A stretch of DNA of 64,000 bases from Candidatus Latescibacterota bacterium. Lineage in GTDB: Bacteria > Latescibacterota > UBA2968 > UBA8231. A model generated the notes under the pieces. It saw only the letters and a list, made by a program, of their open reading frames with translations. It searched no databases and had not been told where the DNA came from. Numbering within the stretch: position 1 is the first letter of the stretch; the number at the start of each line of letters is the position of its first letter. The stretch is taken from assembly GCA_965242865.1 (NCBI GenBank), contig CBDETK010000013.1, forward strand, positions 224,001 through 288,000. The letters are read 5' to 3'. Position numbers and translations under genes: made by a program. Of this stretch, positions 1-7,832 are shown one piece after another.

Positions 1-1
1 A

Positions 2-556
2 CTCGCCTTTGTCGAGGGGACGCTCTTTGACCGAGCCGCGGGCGCGTTCCGCGGTCGCCAAGTCTTGGCCGACACTTGGTGGACCGACCCAACGCTCTAC
101 GCCGACCGCCAAGCGGCCCTGATCCGAGCATACCTCGCCGCGGCCGCGGCCCTAGGCGACGACCGCGCCGCTCAGGTGGCCCTGCAAGCCGGCGACGCGC
201 TCATCAACCGCTGTCTGGACCGCCGCGGCCGAGTGCAGCACGTGTGCGGCTCCGCGAGCGCAGGCAGCACTGGCCTGTTCGTCGATCAAGCTGGGGCAGC
301 CTTGGCCTTGGGGGAATTGGGCGAATGGAGCGGCGAGGCCCGCTTTGCCGCGGCGGCCGAGCAGGTCGCGCGCTTCATGGAACAATCGTACGATCCAGCG
401 GCCCTCGCCCGGCTGCCGCATCGCGGCCAAGGACTCGTCCTCCAGTTTTACGGCCTACAGGGCCGCGCCGAGCAGGTGGTCGCCTTGGCGTCGGAACCCA
501 GCCGAGCGCAAAGCGCGTGGGCGCGGGCTTGGCTGCGCTACGGACCGCCGCTATGA
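2..556 (+). CDS. C-terminal part of YyaL/SSP411-like (thioredoxin + six-hairpin glycosidase-like) protein, 5' truncated by the window
   Basis: Frame is open from position 2. DPTLYADRQAALIRAY and GLFVDQA resemble the YyaL DDKILT..N.LMI and G.L.DYA motifs. Its TGA overlaps the next ATG (ATGA). Confidence 0.6.
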   Translation, partial: LAFVEGTLFDRAAGAFRGRQVLADTWWTDPTLYADRQAALIRAYLAAAAALGDDRAAQVALQAGDALINRCLDRRGRVQHVCGSASAGSTGLFVDQAGAALALGELGEWSGEARFAAAAEQVARFMEQSYDPAALARLPHRGQGLVLQFYGLQGRAEQVVALASEPSRAQSAWARAWLRYGPPL

Positions 557-1452
557 GAATTTTGGTGACCGGCGCCACGGGCCTGTTGGGCCGCACCCTG
601 CTCTCCCTAGCCGGGGAAGCCGAGTGGCTGGGCTGCGGTCGCCGGCCCGCGCCCGAGGGCATTTCCTATCGCCAAGTCGATCTAGCGGACCGCAAGGCCG
701 CGACCGCGCTCATCGCCGAACTCGCGCCCGATTGGGTGATCAACGCCGCGGCCATGACCGATGTCGATGGCTGCGAAAAAGACGCGCCGGCCGCGCGGCG
801 AGCCAACGTCGATATTCCCGAGAACTTAGCCGCCGCTTGCACCGCGGCTGGGGCCGGCTTGGCCCATATTTCCACGGATTACGTCTTCGATGGCCAGCGC
901 GGGCCCTACGGCGAAGGGGATGCGGCCAATCCCCTGTCTTGCTACGGCCAACTCAAGCTCGAAAGCGAGGGCATATTAGACAAAATGGAGCGCGTACTCG
1001 TGGTGCGGACCCTGTGGCTGTACGGCTATGTCCCGCAGGCCGGGTCCAATTTCCTCACTTGGGTGCTGCGGGGCCTGTCTAGCGGCCAGTCCCTGCGGGT
1101 CTTTGCCGATCAGTGGGGCAACCCGACGTACGTCCGCGATTTGGCCCGCGCCTTGGTGTCCCTGTGCGGTCAAGAGGCGCGGGGGTTGTTTCACCTCGGC
1201 GGCGCGACCTTTATGACGCGCTGGGAGCAGGCTCGGGCGCTGGCCTGTTTCTTTGGCATGGACGGCGCGTTGATCGAACCCGTGCCGACCCGCGCGGCCG
1301 GGCTGGCCGCTCCGCGCCCGTTGCGATCGGGGCTGCGCACCGACGCGCTGAACGCCGCGCTCGGCCGCCGGCCCCTGAGCTTTGCCGAGGGGCTGCAAGA
1401 CTTGGCCGCGGACCCGCACTTTCGCCGCGACTTTCCCCAACTTGCCCGCTAG
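553..1452 (+). CDS. rfbD: dTDP-4-dehydrorhamnose reductase family SDR
   Basis: MRILVTGATGLLG Rossmann motif, NAAAMTDVDGCE, ISTDYVFDG, YGQLK (YxxxK). ATG at 553. Confidence 0.9.
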   Translation: MRILVTGATGLLGRTLLSLAGEAEWLGCGRRPAPEGISYRQVDLADRKAATALIAELAPDWVINAAAMTDVDGCEKDAPAARRANVDIPENLAAACTAAGAGLAHISTDYVFDGQRGPYGEGDAANPLSCYGQLKLESEGILDKMERVLVVRTLWLYGYVPQAGSNFLTWVLRGLSSGQSLRVFADQWGNPTYVRDLARALVSLCGQEARGLFHLGGATFMTRWEQARALACFFGMDGALIEPVPTRAAGLAAPRPLRSGLRTDALNAALGRRPLSFAEGLQDLAADPHFRRDFPQLAR

Positions 1453-1461
1453 CCTGTTCTC

Positions 1462-2187
1462 GTGGACCCCGTGCAGATTTCGCTGGTGACGCCCACGTAC
1501 AACGAGCGGGAAAACTTGCCGCTCTTGGCCGCCGAGATCTTTGCGATCATCGGGCGCGAGCCAGAGATCGACTTGGAGCTCATCGTGGTTGACGACAACT
1601 CGCCCGACGGCACCGGCCAAGTGGCCGAGTCCCTGAAGGCCCGCTATCCCGTCGAGGTGGTCCATCGGCCGGGCAAGCTCGGCTTGGGGTCGGCGGTGAT
1701 GGCGGGGTTCGCCCAGTCGGCGCGGCCCCATCTCGGGGTGATCGACGCGGACTTGAGCCACGACCCGGCGATCTTGCCCGCGCTAATCCACAGCCTGCGC
1801 GAATGCGACATTGCCATGGGCAGCCGCTTTGGGGCCACCAGCCGAGTCGAACGCTGGGCTTGGCACCGCAAGCAGATCTCCCGAATCGGCGTGGGCGCGG
1901 CCCGCCTGCTGACCGGGGTTGAGGACCCGCTGTCGGGTTATTTCTGTTTGCGCCGCCCCGTGATCCAGGACTTCGCGCTCACGTCTGCGGGCTACAAAAT
2001 CCTGCTCGAAATTTTGGTCAAGGGCCGCTACCAGCGTCATCGGTCCATCCCCTTTGTCTTTCGCAACCGCCAGTTCAGCTCCAGCAAGCTAGACCTGCGC
2101 GAGCATCTGCTTTTTGCCAAGCAAATTCTCTACTTCAGCGGCTACAAGCTCATGGGCCGCCAGCGAGGCGCTCGATCGTGCGACTGA
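1462..2187 (+). CDS. Polyprenol-phosphate mannose synthase-like GT2 (DPM1-like)
   Basis: PTYNERENL, VVDDNSPDGT, GKLGLGSA, DADLSHDP, DPLSGYF motifs. Confidence 0.88.
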   Translation: MDPVQISLVTPTYNERENLPLLAAEIFAIIGREPEIDLELIVVDDNSPDGTGQVAESLKARYPVEVVHRPGKLGLGSAVMAGFAQSARPHLGVIDADLSHDPAILPALIHSLRECDIAMGSRFGATSRVERWAWHRKQISRIGVGAARLLTGVEDPLSGYFCLRRPVIQDFALTSAGYKILLEILVKGRYQRHRSIPFVFRNRQFSSSKLDLREHLLFAKQILYFSGYKLMGRQRGARSCD

Positions 2188-3962
2188 GCATAGTCTTTCT
2201 CAGCTACAATACCCGCGACCTGACTCGACAGGCCCTGCATTCCGTGCTCGCGGCCGCCGAGGGCCTAGAGGCCGAGATCTTCGTGGTTGACAATGCCTCG
2301 GCCGATGGCAGTGCCGACATGGTAGCCGAGGAATTTCCGCACGTGAAGCTGATTTGCAACGAGGCCAATGTGGGGTTCTCGGCCGGCAACAACGTGGCCC
2401 TGCGGCAGGTGGCCGGCGAATACGCCCTGCTGATCAACACCGATACCATCGTGCGCCGAGACGCGCTGCACACCATGGTAGGGTTCTTGGACGCCCACCC
2501 GGAAGCCGGGGCCTGCGGCTGCAAAATCCTCGACCCGGACGGGACCTTGCAGCTCGACAGCCGCCGCGGCTTTCCCACCCCACTGGCAGCCTTTTGCAAG
2601 ATGTCGGGCCTGAGCCGCCTCTTTCCCCAGCACCCGCTCATTGCCCGCTACCATCTGACCCATCTCGACCCCGAGCAACCGGCCGAGATCGAGGTGCTGT
2701 CGGGTTCCTGCATGATGGTGCGCAAGGCGGCCATGGACCAAGTCGGCCTGCTCGACGAGGATTACTTCATGTACGGCGAGGACATCGACTGGTGCTATCG
2801 CTTCCACCGAGCCGGCTGGAAGCTCTACTACGTGCCGACGACCGCGATCATCCACTTTCGCGGCGAGAGTGGCCGGGGAACGCCGCTGAAAATTCTCTAT
2901 CGCAAGAGCCGCGCCATGTCGATTTTTGTCAACAAGCACATGGCGCGGCGCTATCGCTTCTTCCCGCTGGGGCTCTTGCAGGTGGGCATTGCCCTGCACG
3001 GGACGTTCCGCTTCCTCGGTCGGGCCGCCCGCGCCTTGGCCGCGCCCCTGCTCGACGCCGGTTTGGTGCTCTGCGGCCTCAAGCTCGGGTTAACGGTGCG
3101 CTACCACCCCGAGCTGGTGCCCCTCATCTACCGCATTGAGCAGGTCGGCACGCTCTTCGGCCTCGACGTCCAGCCGACGCGCTGGCTGGTTCCGCCGCCG
3201 TACTCAGATTGGCAATGGGCGGCAGTGTACGGTGCTTCGATCGCGGTCTGGCTGGTGGCGTTTTGCGCGGCCGGCCTGTACGACCGCCGCCGCTACTCCG
3301 TGGCGGGGTCAGTGGTAGGCGTGACGCTGGGGTTTGCCGCCATTGTGATGCTGGTCTTCTTCTTTAAGGGCTACAACTTCTCGCGGTTGGCCGTGGTGTC
3401 GGCTTGGTTTTGCAACGTGCTGTTAATCGCCGGTTGGCGCTTGGTGGCGCGTTGGTCCCTGCGCCAGCGCGGCTGCGAGGGCCGATTGCGCACCCTGCTG
3501 GTGGGAACCGATGCGGCGGCCGTGGAGTTCGTCGAGCAACTGGAGCGGGCGGGTATGGCCCACTGCAACCTGATCGGCGTGGTCGGCGAGAGGCCCCAGC
3601 AGCGCGATAGCCCACTGGCCGGTCGCCCGGTGGTCGGCCATGTCGGCGAGCTAGAGGGGCTGGTAAACGACTTTGCCATTGATCACCTCGTGTTTACGCC
3701 GAGTGCCATGTCGTCGTTCTTGGAACGGCCCGTGCCGTTGCGGGATCCGTGTCGAGGACAGGGCCTCGACAGTACGGGTACGAGGCGCGGACAGGGTAGC
3801 GGCAATCCGGGGCGCGGACAGGGTAGCGACAGTACGAGACGGGGCCGCGAGCCGTGTTTGCGGGTTAGCATGGTGCCGATTGGGTTTGCCGAGCTGGTGG
3901 CCGAGCGCGGCGGACGCGATGGGGCATCGTTGCCTCTCGTGGAAATTAGGACCGGCGGTTGA
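2178..3962 (+). CDS. GT2 glycosyltransferase fused to a membrane + Rossmann-like (WcaJ N-terminal-like) region
   Basis: VVDNASADGS, NVGFSAGNN, INTDT, FMYGEDIDW, then several TM helices and TLLVGT. Confidence 0.82.
   Translation: MRLSIVFLSYNTRDLTRQALHSVLAAAEGLEAEIFVVDNASADGSADMVAEEFPHVKLICNEANVGFSAGNNVALRQVAGEYALLINTDTIVRRDALHTMVGFLDAHPEAGACGCKILDPDGTLQLDSRRGFPTPLAAFCKMSGLSRLFPQHPLIARYHLTHLDPEQPAEIEVLSGSCMMVRKAAMDQVGLLDEDYFMYGEDIDWCYRFHRAGWKLYYVPTTAIIHFRGESGRGTPLKILYRKSRAMSIFVNKHMARRYRFFPLGLLQVGIALHGTFRFLGRAARALAAPLLDAGLVLCGLKLGLTVRYHPELVPLIYRIEQVGTLFGLDVQPTRWLVPPPYSDWQWAAVYGASIAVWLVAFCAAGLYDRRRYSVAGSVVGVTLGFAAIVMLVFFFKGYNFSRLAVVSAWFCNVLLIAGWRLVARWSLRQRGCEGRLRTLLVGTDAAAVEFVEQLERAGMAHCNLIGVVGERPQQRDSPLAGRPVVGHVGELEGLVNDFAIDHLVFTPSAMSSFLERPVPLRDPCRGQGLDSTGTRRGQGSGNPGRGQGSDSTRRGREPCLRVSMVPIGFAELVAERGGRDGASLPLVEIRTGG
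3742..3857 (+). repeat. In-frame degenerate tandem repeat (RGQG units) in the GT2 C-terminus
   Basis: gcgcggacagggtagcg occurs twice, plus cgaggacagggc and gacagtacg copies. Confidence 0.7.
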
Positions 3963-4025
3963 TTTTTTGCCTTTATTTGCGTTACATACTCGTTGTGAAC
4001 GCGAGCATCTACTGGGAGAACAACT

Positions 4026-4727
4026 ATGTCTGAGAGGCGTTTGGCAGGCGGTCGGGAGATCGTGCTGCCGATGAGTAAAGCCGTGGAAATTAGCTTTCGC
4101 AGCCTGAAAATTCGCTTTGGCCGCTCCCTGATCACCACCAGCGGCGTGGTTTTGGCGATTGCCTTCTTAATGTCGGTGTGGAGCAACAACGAAATCGTCA
4201 GCAGCCTGCGCAGCGCGGACAAAAGCGAGATCAACTTACTCTTGCAAAAAAACGGCATTGAGACGGGCCTTTCCGAGGCCGGCGACGCCTCTGAAGAGGC
4301 TGTGGCCCGCCTACAGGAAGAGCGATCGAAGCAGACTTGGCTGATCAGTCTGTCGCTCTTGGTCTGCGTCGTCGGCATTGCCAACGCCATGTTGATGTCG
4401 GTGACCGAGCGGTTCCGCGAGATCGGCACCATGAAGTGCCTCGGGGCCTTGGACACCTTTATCGTCAAGCTCTTCCTCCTCGAATCGACCTTTCAGGGGT
4501 TGGCGGGGACTTCGGCCGGGATCGCCATTGGCTTCGCGCTGACGCTGGGGTTGGCTCTGCTCGATTACGGCGGCTACGCCCTGTCGTACTTCCCGCTGGG
4601 CGGCATCGTCGAATCGGCCGGGTACGCCTTGGTGGTGGGGACCCTGCTTTCGTTGATCGGCGCCATGTTGCCGGCGTACCGCGCAGCCAAGATGGAGCCG
4701 GTCGAAGCCATGCGCTCCGACACCTGA
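4026..4727 (+). CDS. ABC transporter permease, FtsX/MacB-type (short)
   Basis: GIANAMLMSVTERFREIGTMKCLGA and PAYRAAKMEPVEAMR signatures; SD ggag upstream. Confidence 0.9.
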   Translation: MSERRLAGGREIVLPMSKAVEISFRSLKIRFGRSLITTSGVVLAIAFLMSVWSNNEIVSSLRSADKSEINLLLQKNGIETGLSEAGDASEEAVARLQEERSKQTWLISLSLLVCVVGIANAMLMSVTERFREIGTMKCLGALDTFIVKLFLLESTFQGLAGTSAGIAIGFALTLGLALLDYGGYALSYFPLGGIVESAGYALVVGTLLSLIGAMLPAYRAAKMEPVEAMRSDT

Positions 4728-4747
4728 TTCCTCAGAGGAGATTTGAA

Positions 4748-5536
4748 ATGACCGAAACCGCCCCGAGCGAGGTGGCCGTCCAAGCAGCGCAAGCAGCGCA
4801 AGAAGCAGAAAAACGCACGGTCGTGCGGACCCAGCAGGTAAAGAAAATTTACTTGATGGGCGAGATTGAGGTTCACGCCCTGCGCGGCGTAGATATGGAG
4901 ATTTACACCGGCGAGTACCTGTCGATCATGGGGCCTTCGGGCTCGGGCAAGAGCACCTTCTTCAACATGGTCGGCGGCCTCGACAAACCCTCGGAGGGCA
5001 AGGTGTACATCGACGAGGTGGACGTCGCCCAGCTCGACGCGTACGAGCTGGCGTGGCTGCGTTGCCGCAAGATCGGCTACATCTTCCAGTCGTTCAACTT
5101 AATCCCGGTGATGACCGCGCTCGAAAACGTCACCTTGCCGATGGTCTTTGCCGGCCTGACCAGCGACGAGGCCCGCGACAAGGGCATGGAGCTGTTGGTC
5201 AAGGTGGGCTTGGGCGAGCGGCACTCGCACAAGCCCTACGAGCTTTCGGGCGGCCAGCAGCAGCGCGTGGCCGTCGCCCGCGCCTTGGCCAACGACCCGG
5301 CCGTCGTCCTCGCCGACGAGCCGACCGCCAACCTCGACTTGCGCACCGGCACGGAGATCATCGAGCTGTTGCGCGCGATGAACCAAGACTCCGGCGTGAC
5401 GGTCATCTCAGCGACCCACGACCACAAGATGCTCAGCGTCTCCGATCGCGTGGTGTGGGTCAAGGACGGCCAAGTGGATCACGTGCGCAAACGCGAAGAC
5501 CTCGATATCGAAGTAACCCACGTAGAAGGCGAGTAG
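4748..5536 (+). CDS. ABC transporter ATP-binding protein (LolD/MacB-like)
   Basis: GPSGSGKST, LSGGQQQRVAVARAL, LADEPT; SD gaggag before ATG 4748. Confidence 0.93.
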   Translation: MTETAPSEVAVQAAQAAQEAEKRTVVRTQQVKKIYLMGEIEVHALRGVDMEIYTGEYLSIMGPSGSGKSTFFNMVGGLDKPSEGKVYIDEVDVAQLDAYELAWLRCRKIGYIFQSFNLIPVMTALENVTLPMVFAGLTSDEARDKGMELLVKVGLGERHSHKPYELSGGQQQRVAVARALANDPAVVLADEPTANLDLRTGTEIIELLRAMNQDSGVTVISATHDHKMLSVSDRVVWVKDGQVDHVRKREDLDIEVTHVEGE

Positions 5537-6311
5537 TGCTGCCCGAATACCCGGCCCCCTTTTGGGTCTGCGCGGTCGGGGCGGTGCTCTTGATGGGGGT
5601 GGCCAAGGCCGGCTTTGGCGGCGGCATCGGGATTTTGGCCACCCCGCTGTTGGCCCTGACGGTCTCGGTGGCGGATGCGGCCGCGCTCTTGTTGCCGCTG
5701 TTGATCGCCTGCGATGTATTCGCCGTCCGGCACTACCGCCGCACCTTCGACAAAGCGAGCGTCCAACGGCTCCTGCCCGGTTCCGCCTTGGGAATCGGCG
5801 TCGGGGCTTTTTTTTTGGCTACTTTAGCCAGCACGAGCGCGTTTTAGAGGTGGGCTTGGGCTGCTTGGCCTTGCTGTTTGTCGCGTTCCAATTCGGGCGG
5901 GCGGCCCTCGTCGGGATGGTCCAAAAGCAGCGTCCGGGGCCGCTGGCCGGGGTGTTGATGGGCGCGGTCTCCGGCTTTACCTCGACGATTGCTCACGCCG
6001 GCGCACCGCCGGTGGTCATTTACTTGCTGCCGCAGCAGTTGCCGCGCCGCGTCTTCGTCGGCACCACGGTCGTTTTCTTTGCTGCACTCAACGTGCTCAA
6101 GCTGCCGCCCTATTGGGGCTTGGGGCTTTTCCACGCCGACATTTTTAAGACGATGTTGCTGCTGGCGCCGCTGGCGTACGCCGGAGTGAAGTTAGGGGTG
6201 TTTCTGAATCAGCGATTTAGCGACGTGTGGTTCAACCGAGTGGTGTATGGAATGTTGTTGGCGACAGCCGTGCAGTTGATTACTGGAAGGGGGATGGGCA
6301 GTGGGGGATAG
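5536..6311 (+). pseudogene. TauE/SafE sulfite exporter family protein, frameshifted at T9 tract 5808-5816
   Basis: The N-half (GVAKAGFGGGIG) is in the frame of GTG 5536 and stops at 5847. The C-half (SGFTSTIAHAGAPP) is in another frame, and the switch falls at the T run. Confidence 0.8.
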
Positions 6312-6374
6312 GCTCTAGTGCTGTCCGCGTCATTGGGGCTTTACTACAGGCATAACTCATTCAGGGAGATAAAA

Positions 6375-6497
6375 ATGGCGAAGACAAAGCGCGTCGTACA
6401 GAAGGCACCAAAAAGGGGAAAGATAAAGATATCTACCATTAAAAAGGCCGTTGCCAGCGTCAAGAAAGCTAGGCCGCAACTTCGCAAGCCTAGTTAA
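6375..6497 (+). CDS. Small basic Lys-rich protein, 40 aa (MAKTKRVVQKAPKRGKIKISTIKKAVASVKKARPQLRKPS)
   Basis: SD agggag before ATG, clean ORF in an AT-richer intergenic patch; below the ORF-track cutoff. Confidence 0.55.
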   Translation: MAKTKRVVQKAPKRGKIKISTIKKAVASVKKARPQLRKPS

Positions 6498-6580
6498 GCA
6501 TGGCGAATGACTTGACGACCAGACACAAACCCACTAGAGACCAAGCACTTTGGGAATAGCAGCAGAAAGGAGACCAAAGC

Positions 6581-6808
6581 ATGTCGATATCGATTCAACT
6601 TCCTAGTGATGCGGAACAACGGCTCGATTTTTTAGCGGCGCAAACGGGGCGCACCAAAGATGGTTGCCTACGCGAGATCATCGAACGGGGCCTTGAAGAT
6701 ATGGAGGATTACTATCTCGCGGCCGAAGTCCTGAAGCGCGTCCGCAACGGTGAGGAGCAGGTGTACTCTACGGCTGAGGTGAAGAAAGCCCTTGGCTTGG
6801 ACGATTGA
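6581..6808 (+). CDS. RelB/CopG-like ribbon-helix-helix antitoxin
   Basis: SIQLPSDAEQRLDFLAAQTGRTK RHH and acidic LEDMEDYYLA..S.AEVKK.LGL tail; SD aaggag. Confidence 0.85.
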   Translation: MSISIQLPSDAEQRLDFLAAQTGRTKDGCLREIIERGLEDMEDYYLAAEVLKRVRNGEEQVYSTAEVKKALGLDD

Positions 6809-6851
6809 GTACACCGAGACTGCCATCGATCGGCTTTGCAAATTTCCCTAA
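6792..6851 (+). pseudogene. Truncated RelE/ParE-type toxin remnant (MAWTIEYTETAIDRLCKFP*)
   Basis: TTG start overlaps the antitoxin end. MAWTIEYTETA is a typical RelE N-terminus, but the ORF stops after 19 aa. Confidence 0.75.
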
Positions 6852-6878
6852 TCCCCCTTGCGACTGGAGCCTATACTA

Positions 6879-7832
6879 ATGAACGATAGACCGTATTCTC
6901 GCCGCACCTTTCTCAAGCTGTCGACAGCGGCCGCCGCCAGCCTTTCCATACATGCCGCTCCGTCCCAGCGCGACATGCCCCAGCGGGTCTTGGGCCGCAC
7001 GGGCGAATCCGTCTCCTTGCTCGGCTTGGGCGGCGCGCACCTAGCCCAACACGGCAACATGGAGGAACGAGAGGCCATCGCCTTGATGCATGCGGCCATC
7101 GACGAGGGGATTACCTTCTTCGACAATGCGTGGGGGTACTCCAACGGCGAGAGCGAAGAGCGCATGGGCAAGGCACTGCGCGGCGGCTATCGCGACCGCG
7201 TATTTCTAATGACCAAGGACGCGAGCCGCCACCCCAAGCGAGCGATTGCCCACCTCGAAGAGAGCTTGCGCCGGCTGCAAACCGACGCGATTGACCTGTG
7301 GCAGTTTCACAGTATCAGAAAGCCCGACGACCCCGTGCGGATCTACGAGCAGGGCCTGTTGGAAGCCGCGCTCAAAGCCAAAGAGGAGGGCAAAATTCGC
7401 TACATCGGCTTCACCGGGCACACCTTGCCCGCCCTGCACGTGGAGATGATCGAGCGCGGCTTTGCTTGGGACGCCACGCAAATGCCGATCAACGTATTCG
7501 ACCCGCATTACCTCAGCTTTGTCGAGCGCGTGCTGCCGGTCGCGGTGGAACGGAACATCGGGGTCATTGCCATGAAGACCTTGGCCGGTTCGCCCGGAGC
7601 AATCCTCGCCACAGGCGCGGCCACGGCCGCCGAGTGCCTGCGCTACGCCATGAGCCTGCCGGTAGCTACTGTGTGTTCTGGCATGGATTCGCTGGAAAAG
7701 TTGCAGCAGAATGCGGCCATCGCCCGGCAGTTCGCGCCCTTGGCCGACGACGAGCGGCTCGCGCTGTTGGCGCGCACCAAAGAGCAAGGGATGCAGGGCG
7801 AACACGAGTCGTACAAGGCTCGCCAGCCTTGA
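6879..7832 (+). CDS. Aldo/keto reductase with twin-arginine signal
   Basis: SRRTFLK Tat motif; LGRTGESVSLLGLGG, FDNAWGY, LMTK, GKIRYIGFTGH. Confidence 0.88.
   Translation: MNDRPYSRRTFLKLSTAAAASLSIHAAPSQRDMPQRVLGRTGESVSLLGLGGAHLAQHGNMEEREAIALMHAAIDEGITFFDNAWGYSNGESEERMGKALRGGYRDRVFLMTKDASRHPKRAIAHLEESLRRLQTDAIDLWQFHSIRKPDDPVRIYEQGLLEAALKAKEEGKIRYIGFTGHTLPALHVEMIERGFAWDATQMPINVFDPHYLSFVERVLPVAVERNIGVIAMKTLAGSPGAILATGAATAAECLRYAMSLPVATVCSGMDSLEKLQQNAAIARQFAPLADDERLALLARTKEQGMQGEHESYKARQP

Noticed and set aside
7298-7828. Long N-terminal extension of the first S8 ORF (similar extensions at 76, 4337, 25172, 37400, 59168)
   Set aside because: They mostly overlap real upstream genes in another frame and lack homologous motifs; better starts exist downstream.
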